From Candidatus Latescibacterota bacterium (lineage in GTDB: Bacteria; Latescibacterota; UBA2968; UBA8231): a stretch of 64,000 bases of DNA. The notes under the pieces were generated by a model that saw nothing but the letters and a program-made list of their open reading frames with translations, ran no database searches and was not told where the DNA came from. Below, in pieces: positions 9,686 through 19,663 of this stretch (the first letter of the stretch is position 1; every line of letters starts with the position of its first letter). The translations under genes and the position numbers were made by a program. The DNA lies in NCBI GenBank assembly GCA_965203355.1, contig OZ241889.1, positions 4,032,001 to 4,096,000 of the forward strand, read 5' to 3'.

Positions 9686-10750
9686 ATGCAACACACACAC
9701 TTAGATGCGCTCAAAATTAGAGGCTTTCGCGGACTATCGAACCTCGATCTCAACAGCTTGGGAAAGTTCAACATCTTGCTAGGCGCAAACGATGTGGGCA
9801 AAACTTCCATTTTGGAAGCGATATTCCTCTTGTCGGGTTCTGCCAAGATGGAACTGCCCTTGCGAATACAGACCTTTCGCAACTATGAAGTTCGCGAGTT
9901 CGTCGATTTGTCTTCTCTCTTTTACGAACTCGACTTCAACCAGCCCATAAAATTGAAGGCGCATTATTGTGATTCCACGCAGCTTACCTTGGATATCTCG
10001 GCTTCGTACGATCCACTTGTAACCAAAATACAGAGCGATCGGCCCTCTTCTTCGGTTTCCTCTGACCAGCATCACTTGCGCTACGATGTGACGATACAGA
10101 ACGCCTCGCAACAAGAGCCACTATCGTTTTCCAGCAAACTGATCGAACACGAGGGCCGTATTGAAATGACCAAAATACCGGATGCCCTCGCCAACAAACT
10201 TATTGCCGCCACTTTTATCGGCGCACAATTTCAATACGACAGCAATGTCATCGGAGAGGTAATAGTCAATAAAAAGAAAGACGAGCTTCTTCGCTATCTA
10301 CGGGTTATCAACCCCCATGTGAAGGAAATCGCGGTAAGTAGGGACAAAACCTATTTGGATATCGGATTCAAGAAAATGATGCCACTGAATATGTTCGGCA
10401 GCGGCATGATTCGCGCCGCAATGATGCTCTCGATATCCATTTTAAGGGCCGAACAACTTCTCCTTGTCGATGAACTCGAAAATGGCCTTCACTATCAAGC
10501 CATTCTGCCGCTCCTAAAGACACTCCTCAAATTTTCCAGCGAGCAGCACTTGCAGATTTTTGTCACCACGCACAGCCTCGAAATCCTCAAAGGTCTGAAG
10601 GATGTGCTGAGCTTGCCCGAATTTTCCGATTATACACAGACGACAAATTGCTACACACTGCAAAGAGATAAAAGCGGATTGGTACGTTCCTACCAGTACG
10701 ATTATAGTCAACTCGAGCACGGCATTGAGCACGGCATTGAGATCAGATGA
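9686..10750 (+). CDS. ABC-type ATPase of the AAA_15/AAA_21 (AbiEii/OLD-like) group
   Basis: IRGFRG, Walker A GANDVGKT, signature FGSGM, Walker B LLVDELENGLH and H-loop TTHS. Confidence 0.88.
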   Translation: MQHTHLDALKIRGFRGLSNLDLNSLGKFNILLGANDVGKTSILEAIFLLSGSAKMELPLRIQTFRNYEVREFVDLSSLFYELDFNQPIKLKAHYCDSTQLTLDISASYDPLVTKIQSDRPSSSVSSDQHHLRYDVTIQNASQQEPLSFSSKLIEHEGRIEMTKIPDALANKLIAATFIGAQFQYDSNVIGEVIVNKKKDELLRYLRVINPHVKEIAVSRDKTYLDIGFKKMMPLNMFGSGMIRAAMMLSISILRAEQLLLVDELENGLHYQAILPLLKTLLKFSSEQHLQIFVTTHSLEILKGLKDVLSLPEFSDYTQTTNCYTLQRDKSGLVRSYQYDYSQLEHGIEHGIEIR

Positions 10751-11301
10751 TGAGTAGCCAATGGCAGATATTCGTCGAAGGGCCTGGGGATCAAGCCTTT
10801 CTCAACAACCTATTACAACACCTGAACATTTCCAATGCTAATACGTCTATCATCGGAGGCGGCGTGGCGAAACTTCCCAAAGTTGACAATGAAATACGAC
10901 GTGCTCATGATGCGGGAGAACTCATCGCTATCGTACTGGACGCGAACTCCGATTTCGCGAGTCGGTACGCCGAGTTTGAAAAACAAAAAAGAAGTCTCCA
11001 ACTTCCAATCGCCCAATCCTTCCTTTTACCAAATAATAGAGATCCTGGGTGCCTTGAGACTTTGCTCGAGGCGATGGCCGTCTCTCGCGCCGTGTATAAC
11101 TGCTTTGACCAGTACGAAATTTGTTTACAAAATCACAGTACGCCATATAACCTTCCCAATCACAAGGCGAGAATCTATGCTTACTGCGAAGCACTCAACA
11201 TTGAGACCCGTGCAAGTAAACGGAAATATGTGAACTCGCCACATTGGAATCTGGATACGCCCGCTCTGGAACCGCTGAAACAATTTCTCTCTAGCCTGTG
11301 A
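10747..11301 (+). CDS. DUF3226-like TOPRIM-type protein, partner of the ATPase
   Basis: FVEGPGD, GGG, LDAN, LPNN..PGCLETLL, KARIYAY and WNLD..LEPLKQFL. 4-nt overlap with the ATPase gene. Confidence 0.7.
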   Translation: MMSSQWQIFVEGPGDQAFLNNLLQHLNISNANTSIIGGGVAKLPKVDNEIRRAHDAGELIAIVLDANSDFASRYAEFEKQKRSLQLPIAQSFLLPNNRDPGCLETLLEAMAVSRAVYNCFDQYEICLQNHSTPYNLPNHKARIYAYCEALNIETRASKRKYVNSPHWNLDTPALEPLKQFLSSL

Positions 11302-11314
11302 GCCCCTCCTCGCA

Positions 11315-12124
11315 TTAAATCAACGCCCGCAACCCCTCGGCATATTGCCCAAGCACCGCATCGGCCCGATCGCCGCTGCCGCGCTTGTGGATCACCTCCA
11401 CCGAGCAATACCCCGCAAACCCAGCCGCCGCAAGCAAGCGCAGCGGCTGGGCGTGATCGAATACGCCCGCGCCCAGCACCTCGCTGACCTGCACCCGGCC
11501 ATCGACAATAGTCCCGTCGTGCGCGTGGGTGTGGCGCGTGTACGCACCCAGCATCTCGAAGCTCTCGGCTGGCTCTTCGAGCACCCGCTGCGTGTGCATA
11601 AAATCCCACAGCACCTGCAAATTCGGGTGCCCAGCCCGCTCGACGACTGCGCGTACCGGGGCCGAGCAGCACCAATCGTCATGCGTTTCCAGTAGCACTG
11701 TCACGCCGCGTTCAGCCGCCGCTGGCAACACCTGTGCAAAACCCTCCACCACGTAATCGACGACCGCCGTCCACTCCCGATCTCGGGCACGCGGACCGCC
11801 GAAAACCCGCACCAAGCCACAGCCCAAATCAGCCGCTAGGTCAATGTACTTTTTCACGTCCTCTACGTGCGCGGACCGCTCGGCCGCGTCGGGCGCAGCC
11901 ATCCGCGCTCCAGTCGCAATACAGCAGATTGCTAGCCCCTCTTCCGCCATCCGTCGGCGCACGTCCCGCCGCGCACTGGCCGCAAGCGCAGCCTCAATGC
12001 CGCACGCATGATCCCATTCGACTCGCGGCTCAAACCCCTGATAGCCGTGCCGTTTCATGCCGGCTACTACTTCGTCCAAGGTCCAGTCTGGACACGCACT
12101 GCTCATAGTCGCCAATTTGATCAT
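11315..12124 (-). CDS. Sugar phosphate isomerase/epimerase (xylose isomerase-like TIM barrel)
   Basis: GYQGFE, LVRVFGG, LETHDD, LWDFMH, HTHAHD and SVE. Confidence 0.85.
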   Translation of the reverse strand: MIKLATMSSACPDWTLDEVVAGMKRHGYQGFEPRVEWDHACGIEAALAASARRDVRRRMAEEGLAICCIATGARMAAPDAAERSAHVEDVKKYIDLAADLGCGLVRVFGGPRARDREWTAVVDYVVEGFAQVLPAAAERGVTVLLETHDDWCCSAPVRAVVERAGHPNLQVLWDFMHTQRVLEEPAESFEMLGAYTRHTHAHDGTIVDGRVQVSEVLGAGVFDHAQPLRLLAAAGFAGYCSVEVIHKRGSGDRADAVLGQYAEGLRALI

Positions 12125-12213
12125 AATTCCTCTACTGTGATTAGTGTGAGTGATGTGATGGACAGGATGGATGGGATTTTATTGTTTAATAACACAATCC
12201 CTTGAGGTCTCCC

Positions 12214-13203
12214 ATGCAAATCGGCACCACCCTCACGCGCTTCATCATCGAAGAAGAGCGGCGCCACCCCGAGGCTACCGGCGAATTCACCGGCCTGCTC
12301 ACCGACCTGAGCATCGTCGCTAAAATCATCGCCCGCGACGTGAACAAGGCCGGCCTCGCCGAGGTAATGGGCATTTCCGGCCGCACCAACGTCCACGGCG
12401 AAATAGTGCAAAAGCTCGATGAGTTCGCCAACTCGCTCATCATCCGCACCACCGATCACACGGGCCGACTTGCGGGTATGGCTTCCGAAGAAATGAACGA
12501 CATTTACCCCATCCCGGAAAAACACCCGTGCGGCAACTACATCCTCGTCTTCGATCCGGTTGATGGCTCGTCCAACATAGACGTGAACGTCTCCATCGGC
12601 ACCATCTTCTCCATCTACCGCAAGAAAAGCACCGACCGCGTAACCCTCAGCGACTTCCTCCGCTGCGGCTGCGAGCAAGTCTGCGCCGGCTACATCATCT
12701 ACGGCTCCAGCACCATGCTGGTCTATACCACCGGCAGGGGCAGCCACGGCTTTACCCTCGACCCCAGCCTCGGCGAATTCCTGCTCTCGCACGAGAACAT
12801 CGCAATTCCTAAGAAAGGCCGGTACTACAGCACCAACGAGGGCAATTATCCCAAGTGGGACGCGCCAGTGCGCCGCTACATCAATCAGCTTAAAGAAGGT
12901 CCGCACCCCTACTCGGCGCGTTACATCGGATCGCTCGTCGCCGACTTCCACCGCAACCTGCTCAAAGGCGGCATCTTCCTCTACCCCGGCGACAGCAAAT
13001 CGCCCAACGGCAAGCTGCGCCTCTTGTACGAAGCCGCGCCCTTGGCCTTTGTCGTCGAACAAGCCGGCGGCGCGGCCTCCAACGGAACCCAACCCATCAT
13101 GGACTTGCCAGCGACCGAGCTACACCAACGGACGCCGCTGTTTATCGGCAGCAGCGACGACGTGGCCGCGCTGGAAGAATTAGTGCGCGGCGAGCGGGCG
13201 TGA
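12214..13203 (+). CDS. fbp: Class 1 fructose-1,6-bisphosphatase
   Basis: [45 protein letters not shown] and [11 protein letters not shown]. Confidence 0.97.
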   Translation: MQIGTTLTRFIIEEERRHPEATGEFTGLLTDLSIVAKIIARDVNKAGLAEVMGISGRTNVHGEIVQKLDEFANSLIIRTTDHTGRLAGMASEEMNDIYPIPEKHPCGNYILVFDPVDGSSNIDVNVSIGTIFSIYRKKSTDRVTLSDFLRCGCEQVCAGYIIYGSSTMLVYTTGRGSHGFTLDPSLGEFLLSHENIAIPKKGRYYSTNEGNYPKWDAPVRRYINQLKEGPHPYSARYIGSLVADFHRNLLKGGIFLYPGDSKSPNGKLRLLYEAAPLAFVVEQAGGAASNGTQPIMDLPATELHQRTPLFIGSSDDVAALEELVRGERA

Positions 13204-13215
13204 ACGGAACCCATT

Positions 13216-14355
13216 GTGAAAATCACCGCCATCAAACTCTCGGTTTTTGAGCTTCCAGCCACTACCTCGCTTTTCGATCTAGAGCAAGTTCCCTACGGCC
13301 ATCGCACTCGCTGGCGGACCTGCGGCCACCGCCGCGCCGAGGCCCCGGTCCACGTGCTGCACGTGCTGACCGACGAAGGCTTGGAAGGGATTTGCACCGT
13401 CGGCGACGCCCGCTACCAGACCATGCGCCGCGCCGAGTTGGAAGCCCTGCGCATCATGGCCATCGGCCAAGACCCGCTCGACCGCGAACGGCTCGACGAC
13501 AAGCTGCGTTGGGCGACCCGCTCGCTGTTTTCGCCTCCGGGCTGGCACGGAGCTTTTGACAACTGCCTCTGGGACATCGCGGGGCAAGTCGCCGACCTCC
13601 CAGTTTGCGCCCTAATCGGCCGAACCCGTCCGCGCTGCCGAGCCTATTACAACTTCCCCTCCAGCAGCCTCGACGACGCCTTAGAAGGGACAAACCAAGC
13701 ACTCGCGGCCGGCTTTGTCGCGCTCAAAGACCATTGGTCTGGTCCGCCCGACACCAACATCGCGTGGTCGCGCGCCATCCGCGATCACGTCGGCCCAGCC
13801 ATCGATCTGTTGCACGACGCGGCCGGCAGCCCCTACACCCAGCGTGAAGCCCGGCGCGTGGGCCGCGCACTGGAAGAACTCAACTATGGCTGGTTCGAGG
13901 AGGCCATTTCCGACCGCGACCTCCAAGGCTTGCAAACGCTGTGCGCCGAACTCGACATACCCGTCATGGCCCTTGAGACCCTGATGCACGACTGCGAACT
14001 CTGCGCCGCTTGGGTTCGCGCCGGGGCCACGGACCTCATCCGCGCCAACGCCCGCCACGGCACCACGGCCACCCTCAAACTCGCCGCGCTGGCCGCTGCC
14101 CATCGCACCACCATCGAACTCAACGGCCCGGGCGGCCTTTTTGGCTTAGTCCACGCCCATCTAGTCTGCGCCCTGCCAAACACCACGTACTACGAGTATT
14201 TCCCGGGCGGCAGCCGCGACGAGATCGGTCGCGAGATCGGCCTGCTCAATCCTCCCCTGCCCGTCGCTGGGCACATCGCGCCGCCGAATGGCCCCGGCTG
14301 GGGAGCCGAGTGGGACCGGGCCTATTTCGCCAAAAAGCGCGTGGCCGAATGGTAG
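13216..14355 (+). CDS. Mandelate racemase-like enolase superfamily enzyme
   Basis: DNCLWDIAGQ, LKDH, LHDA, WFEE, ALET and YYEYF. Confidence 0.82.
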   Translation: MKITAIKLSVFELPATTSLFDLEQVPYGHRTRWRTCGHRRAEAPVHVLHVLTDEGLEGICTVGDARYQTMRRAELEALRIMAIGQDPLDRERLDDKLRWATRSLFSPPGWHGAFDNCLWDIAGQVADLPVCALIGRTRPRCRAYYNFPSSSLDDALEGTNQALAAGFVALKDHWSGPPDTNIAWSRAIRDHVGPAIDLLHDAAGSPYTQREARRVGRALEELNYGWFEEAISDRDLQGLQTLCAELDIPVMALETLMHDCELCAAWVRAGATDLIRANARHGTTATLKLAALAAAHRTTIELNGPGGLFGLVHAHLVCALPNTTYYEYFPGGSRDEIGREIGLLNPPLPVAGHIAPPNGPGWGAEWDRAYFAKKRVAEW

Positions 14356-14420
14356 GCCGCCCTCGGTTGAACAGCGCTGCCGCGTTAGCTAAGTTACGGG
14401 ACACTCAGGAAGTACCCGCC

Positions 14421-15131
14421 GTGAACCTCAACGCCTCCCAAGTCCAATCCTACCGCGACCAAGGCTATCTCGTCGTGCCGGAGGTATTTGCGCCCGAGCA
14501 AGCCGAGGCCATGATCGGCCACTACATGAAACTCCGTGCCCAAGGCCCGCATCCAGGCGACAGCGGCGGTACCGATGACCAGCCCGACGATCCCAACCAC
14601 GCCTATCCGCGCATGATCAACATGCACGACTGGGATCCCGCCAGCGCCACTTGGGCCACCCGCCCCGACCTGCTCGCCGCAGTCGAACAGCTCATCGACG
14701 ACCAGCCTGTCCTGCGCCAAACCATGCTCTACTTCAAGCCGCCCGGCGGCCGCGGTCAGGGCCTACACCAAGACGAGCAGTACATCACTACCGATCCGCT
14801 AATCGGCCTGTGGATCGCCCTCGACCCATCCGACGCGGCCGTGGGCCAAATGGTCGTCGTCCCCGGATCGCACGATCAACTCCGGCCCGTTGAAAAGGCC
14901 GATACTCGCGTCTCTTTCACCCGCGCTCAGAGCCAGCTACCGCCCGGGGCCGCAATCGTCGGTCTCGACATGGCTCCGGGCGACGGCCTTTTCTTCGACG
15001 GCAAAACCATCCACGGCTCCCACCCCAACCAGACCACCGACCGCTGGCGGCGCAGTTTCATCTGTCACTATATCGGCAAACGCGCCGCACCCTTCGAGCC
15101 GCCCCAGGGCTTTCACGTGGGGCACGTGTGA
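14421..15131 (+). CDS. Phytanoyl-CoA dioxygenase (PhyH) family Fe(II)/2OG enzyme
   Basis: YRDQGYLVV, FKPPG..HQD, VVPGSH and IHGS. GTG start at 14421. Confidence 0.9.
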   Translation: MNLNASQVQSYRDQGYLVVPEVFAPEQAEAMIGHYMKLRAQGPHPGDSGGTDDQPDDPNHAYPRMINMHDWDPASATWATRPDLLAAVEQLIDDQPVLRQTMLYFKPPGGRGQGLHQDEQYITTDPLIGLWIALDPSDAAVGQMVVVPGSHDQLRPVEKADTRVSFTRAQSQLPPGAAIVGLDMAPGDGLFFDGKTIHGSHPNQTTDRWRRSFICHYIGKRAAPFEPPQGFHVGHV

Positions 15132-15140
15132 GACAACGCC

Positions 15141-15953
15141 ATGGCCTTTGCTTTTTCCGACCAGCACATTGACGAGTACCGCACTCAGGGCTACACGGTC
15201 TTTCGCCAACTCCTGCCTCTTTCCCTCGTCGCCGATCTGCGCCGCGTCTGCGACGAGGCACGGGACTTAGCCCGCCAACAGCGCGGCCCCCAAGCCCAGC
15301 GCTTGCAGCCAATAGCCGTCTTCCCGCTCGACCAGCAGCCCTTCATCGACTACGCCGAGCTCCCCGCGCTCAACGACGCGCTCCACCGCCTGCTCGCGCC
15401 GGACTTCCGCGTCGGCGGGCCGCAGGTCCTGGGCGTACTCTTTGAACCGGCCGAGTCGCCGTGGTGTACCCACTGGCACCGCGACTGGCGCGATAATGTG
15501 TCCAGCTTGGCGCTGGCGCGCTGGGACGAGCACTTTGCCGACGACCGCTACTTCAACCAAGTCAACTGCGCTCTGTACGCCGACTCCTGCACGTGGGTCG
15601 TCCCCGGCAGCCACCTGCGCCGCGACCTGCCGGGCGAAGCAGCGCGCTTCCCCGAGCGGCCCATCGCCACCCCCAATCTCGACGGACAATCCGCTATTGA
15701 ACGCGAGTGGACCTGCCGCTGCTACGCGCAGAGTATGCCCGGGGCCCAGCAGCTTTTCCTCGACGCCGGCGACTTCTGCCTCTACCGCAACACGCTATGG
15801 CACATCGGCAACTACGTGCCCTACGCCAAAAGGGCGACCCTGCACGACGCCGTCGATACCGACGAGTTTGCCGCGTGGCGCGACGAGACCCTGTGCATAG
15901 TCCAAGAGCGGCGGGCGGCGGGACACAACATGGAGAATCCCAATCATGGCTAA
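15141..15953 (+). CDS. PhyH family dioxygenase
   Basis: YRTQGYTV, WHRDW, VVPGSH and WHIG. Confidence 0.85.
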   Translation: MAFAFSDQHIDEYRTQGYTVFRQLLPLSLVADLRRVCDEARDLARQQRGPQAQRLQPIAVFPLDQQPFIDYAELPALNDALHRLLAPDFRVGGPQVLGVLFEPAESPWCTHWHRDWRDNVSSLALARWDEHFADDRYFNQVNCALYADSCTWVVPGSHLRRDLPGEAARFPERPIATPNLDGQSAIEREWTCRCYAQSMPGAQQLFLDAGDFCLYRNTLWHIGNYVPYAKRATLHDAVDTDEFAAWRDETLCIVQERRAAGHNMENPNHG

Positions 15954-16269
15954 AAACAGCCGCCTCGTGTATTCCTCTGATACCGGCCGCGTACCTCAGC
16001 CGAAACAGCAAGCCGCGCCCCCCACCGGCGACGGCATCGCCCGCGTACGCCGCGAGAAAAAGGGGCGTGGCGGCAAGACCGTCACCGCGGTGTCGGGCCT
16101 GCGGCTATCGGCGGCCGCACTAAAAACCCTCGCCTCCGAACTCAAGCGCCAATGCGGCAGCGGTGGATCAGTCGTCGATCGCACAATAGAAATTCAGGGG
16201 GACCAAGTGGATGTCGTGCTCGCCGAGCTAGCCAAGCGCGGTTATCAGGCCAAGCGGGCGGGCGGCTGA
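15946..16269 (+). CDS. yciH: SUI1-family translation factor YciH
   Basis: LVYSSD, REKKGRGGKTVT, LKRQCGSGG and IEIQGD. Confidence 0.93.
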   Translation: MAKNSRLVYSSDTGRVPQPKQQAAPPTGDGIARVRREKKGRGGKTVTAVSGLRLSAAALKTLASELKRQCGSGGSVVDRTIEIQGDQVDVVLAELAKRGYQAKRAGG

Positions 16270-16287
16270 TTACCCCAGCTTTGCTCT

Positions 16288-17565
16288 TCAATTAGAAGGC
16301 GGGATTTGCTTGCCTTGCGGGTCCTGCTCGTCGCTGATTTGCGCGCCCAACTCAGCGGCTAACTCGCCGCCGATAAAGTGCTCAATCGCGTCGGCTGGGT
16401 CGTGTACGTGATCTGCGGGCAGGCCCAGATGGCTCATGTAGGTCTCCCAAAGTCGGTGATGGCGCAACAGGCGCAGCGCGGCTTGTTGGCCCTTGGCAGA
16501 CAATTCGACCACGCCATTGGCCTGTACCAGCAGTTGCCGCCGCCCCAGAGCGCCAAACGCCAGCCGCGCCAGCGGACTCCAAACGGCCGCGGTCGCGATC
16601 AATTCGGCGCGCCCCAGCCCGGTGTGCTCGACCTCTCGCTCCTTGCGCCGCACCAGCGCGAGCAACATGTGATCCTGCGCTACTTGCAACGACAGCCGCA
16701 CGCGCTGATAGATGCGCATCAGCACTCCTTGATTCGGGGAAAAAAGCAGGGAAAAGAGAAATATCCCACCGATGACCACCACCATGGCACCAGCGATGGA
16801 ACTGTTCCAGAAGCTGGCCAAAAAGTAACCCGCCACGGCCGAGACTATCCCAAAGAACACGGCCAACCCCAGCACCGCGATGAGCCGGTCACTCCACAGG
16901 TAGGCGGCAGCCCCGGGCACAATTAGCATGGCTACGACCAAAATCGCGCCCACCGACTCAAACGACGCGACCGTCGTCAGTGCGACCAACCCCATCAAGA
17001 GGTAGTGCATCAGCGTAGCGTTGATCCCCACCGACATGGCCAAGGCCGGATCAAACGCGGAAATCTTGAATTCCTTGTACAAGAGCGCGATCACCGTCAA
17101 GTTAATCGCCAGCACCGCACTCAATATCCACACCGGCCGCGGCCCCAGCGACTCGTCGCCCCACAGCAACAGATCCCAAGGGGTATAGGCGATTTCGCCG
17201 TAGAGCACGCATTCCTGATCGAGATCCACTTGACCGGCGTACGCGGTGATGATCACCACGCCCAGCGCAAAAAGCGCGGTAAACACAATACCAATAGCCG
17301 CGTCCTCTTGTACGCGCCACCGCTGGTGAAATGCCTCGACCAACAGCACCGTTATCAAGCCGAAGGCGGCCGCACCCAAAAACATCGGCAGCACCGCACG
17401 GCTGCCCGACAGCAGGAAGGCCACGGCGATCCCCGGCAGCACCGCGTGGCTCAAAGCGTCGCCCAACAGCGACATCTTGCGCAACACCAAGAAAGTGCCC
17501 AGCAGGGCGCAAGACGCGGTGACCAACACGCCGGTCAGCACGATCCAGAAAGCACCTTCGATCAT
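16288..17565 (-). CDS. Mn/Zn/Fe ABC transporter permease (TroD/MntD-like) fused to a C-terminal DtxR-like domain
   Basis: GDALSHAVLPG, VDLDQECVLYGEI and VGAILVVAM. C-terminal HHRLWETY..HDPADAIEHF..DPQGKQIP. Confidence 0.9.
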   Translation of the reverse strand: MIEGAFWIVLTGVLVTASCALLGTFLVLRKMSLLGDALSHAVLPGIAVAFLLSGSRAVLPMFLGAAAFGLITVLLVEAFHQRWRVQEDAAIGIVFTALFALGVVIITAYAGQVDLDQECVLYGEIAYTPWDLLLWGDESLGPRPVWILSAVLAINLTVIALLYKEFKISAFDPALAMSVGINATLMHYLLMGLVALTTVASFESVGAILVVAMLIVPGAAAYLWSDRLIAVLGLAVFFGIVSAVAGYFLASFWNSSIAGAMVVVIGGIFLFSLLFSPNQGVLMRIYQRVRLSLQVAQDHMLLALVRRKEREVEHTGLGRAELIATAAVWSPLARLAFGALGRRQLLVQANGVVELSAKGQQAALRLLRHHRLWETYMSHLGLPADHVHDPADAIEHFIGGELAAELGAQISDEQDPQGKQIPPSN

Positions 17566-18890
17566 TCGCGCCCTCCTCGGCGGTAGTGACTGCCAGTGCT
17601 GTGGATGTTGACGATCTGAGCCGGGTCTAGTCCCTGCTCGCGCTGGAGGATGTCCTCTAGCTGATCGATGAGTTCCGGCGTCAGCAAGTGCTCGACTTCG
17701 TCGGCGGGCCGATCCACGTGATCGGCATCGAGTATGGCCCGATAGTACAAATAGTGTTCCCACAAGCGGTGCGATTTTACCACGAAGAGTCCTTCGGCCG
17801 CACCCGGCTCTGTCAGGGCAAAACGCCCATCCCGAGCGGAGACTAACCCCTGCCCGGCGAGCCGCCGCCCGAGGCGTTTGACCCGGTCCGGCGACAGGCC
17901 CATCTCAATGGCCAGTTCCTCCACGGCCAAGGGGCGGTCCGCGCCCAGCTTCTCTTGCAGCTCAACGCAGGCGCGCAAAAAGTGCTGCTGGCTCTCGCGG
18001 CGTCTGTTGTGCCTCAACCTGCGCCACCGCGCCAACACCCCCCGACGAGGTGCCAAAAGAGCCGAAACCACAAAACACAGGGTGGCGATGAGCACCATCA
18101 CCGGGCCGGTGGGAATCCGCGGCACCAAGGAACTGACAAAAGTGCCAACGGCCCCAGACAAGCCCCCGAAAGCAGCGGCGAGCAGCACCATCTTGTGTAG
18201 TTGCTCGGTCCAAAAGCGCGCGGCCACGGCTGGCGTGATGAGCATGGCCGCAATCAGCACCACGCCCACGGCCTGCAAGCCCACGATCACCGTCAGCGCG
18301 ATCAGTCCCATCAGCAAGGCGTCGATCCAGCGGGCCGAGTAGCCGAGCGTCTGCAAAAAATCCGCGTCGAAAATCAGGGCCTTAAACTCCTTAAAAAACA
18401 GGGCTACTGCGAGGATAATAAGGCCCGCCAAAACGCTCATGACGCGCAGGTCGTCATCCACCAACGAGGCGGCCTGTCCAAAGAGGAACTTGTCCAAGCC
18501 GCTCTGGTTGCCGGTGCCCACTCGCTGAACGTGAGTCAACAGCACGATCCCCACGCCGAAAAACACCGACAGCACAATGCCAATCGCCGCATCCGCCTTG
18601 ACGCGGGTAAAGTTGATGATAAACTGCATCACCAACACGCCGAGCACCCCGGAAATCGCCGCGCCCGTCAGCAGCACGGGCAGGGCCTTGCTCCCAGTCC
18701 ACAAATAAGCCAACGCCACCCCGGGCAGGGCCGCATGCGCCAGCGCGTCGCCGACGAGACTGCGCCGCCGCAACACCGCAAACGACCCCAGCAACCCACC
18801 GGTCGCGCCGATCAGCAGGGAGCCGAAGAGCACGAAGCGCACGTTGGCGTCGGCTAGGCTCAAGAAGCGCAGGGCGTTTTCGACTAGCAC
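17562..18890 (-). CDS. Mn/Zn/Fe ABC transporter permease (TroC/MntC-like) fused to a wHTH + DtxR-like domain
   Basis: GDALAHAALPG, FLFGQAA and PTGP. C-terminal HRLWEHYL..ADEVEH. GTG start inferred. Confidence 0.9.
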   Translation of the reverse strand: MLVENALRFLSLADANVRFVLFGSLLIGATGGLLGSFAVLRRRSLVGDALAHAALPGVALAYLWTGSKALPVLLTGAAISGVLGVLVMQFIINFTRVKADAAIGIVLSVFFGVGIVLLTHVQRVGTGNQSGLDKFLFGQAASLVDDDLRVMSVLAGLIILAVALFFKEFKALIFDADFLQTLGYSARWIDALLMGLIALTVIVGLQAVGVVLIAAMLITPAVAARFWTEQLHKMVLLAAAFGGLSGAVGTFVSSLVPRIPTGPVMVLIATLCFVVSALLAPRRGVLARWRRLRHNRRRESQQHFLRACVELQEKLGADRPLAVEELAIEMGLSPDRVKRLGRRLAGQGLVSARDGRFALTEPGAAEGLFVVKSHRLWEHYLYYRAILDADHVDRPADEVEHLLTPELIDQLEDILQREQGLDPAQIVNIHSTGSHYRRGGRE

Positions 18891-18892
18891 GA

Positions 18893-19663
18893 TCAGCCCT
18901 CGCGCCGCTGCTCGGCCATGGCTTGGGCGGCCTGCGAGAGCACGGTCAGCCGACCTCCATAGGTCTTTTGCAGGTTGTCGTCGGTAAAGACCTCGCGGGT
19001 TGGACCAGATGCCACGACCCGCATGTTGAGCATGATGACCCAATCGAAGTATTCGGTTACGGTCTGCAAGTCGTGATGCACGACCAAGATGGTTTTTTTT
19101 TGCTCGCGCAGGGCGACCAAGCTGGCGATGATCGCACGCTCGGTCGCCGCATCTACGCCGGCAAACGGCTCGTCCATGATGTAGATGCGGGCTTGTTGGG
19201 CTAGTGCGCGAGCGAGAAAGACCCGCTGCTGCTGGCCGCCCGATAGCTGGCTAATCTGCCGCTCGGCAAAAGCGGTCATGCCCACCTCTTCAAGGGCTGC
19301 CCAAGCCAAGCGGCGATCTTCCTTGCTCGGCCGCCGCATCCATCCCACGTGACCGTAGCGGCCCATCAGCACCACGTCGAGCGCACTAATCGGGAAGTCC
19401 CAATCCACGGACTCGCGCTGCGGCACATAACCGATGATCTTGCGCATCTGACTGTAGTCCTCACCGTAGATCTTGACCCACCCCGACGCCTTGGGCACGA
19501 GGTCCATAATGGCCTTAATCAGGGTGCTTTTACCCGAGCCGTTGGGACCGATGATGCCCACGAGCTGTCCTTCGGGCACGTCGAGATCCACGTCCCACAG
19601 CACCGGCTTCTTGTGGTAGGCAATGGTCATGTCGTGGATTTGGATGGGATGGAGACTACTCAC
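18893..19663 (-). CDS. Metal ABC transporter ATP-binding protein (TroB/MntB-like)
   Basis: [34 protein letters not shown] and VHHDL. Confidence 0.93.
   Translation of the reverse strand: MSSLHPIQIHDMTIAYHKKPVLWDVDLDVPEGQLVGIIGPNGSGKSTLIKAIMDLVPKASGWVKIYGEDYSQMRKIIGYVPQRESVDWDFPISALDVVLMGRYGHVGWMRRPSKEDRRLAWAALEEVGMTAFAERQISQLSGGQQQRVFLARALAQQARIYIMDEPFAGVDAATERAIIASLVALREQKKTILVVHHDLQTVTEYFDWVIMLNMRVVASGPTREVFTDDNLQKTYGGRLTVLSQAAQAMAEQRREG

Noticed and set aside
12135-12180. GT/GAT-rich intergenic tract, loosely similar to 63641-63660 (CAGGATGG..GGGAT)
   Set aside because: The match is too short and degenerate to call a repeat family from two instances.
12121-13092. 323-aa minus-strand ORF
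   Set aside because: It is antisense to the clearly recognisable fbp gene, a GC-rich shadow ORF.
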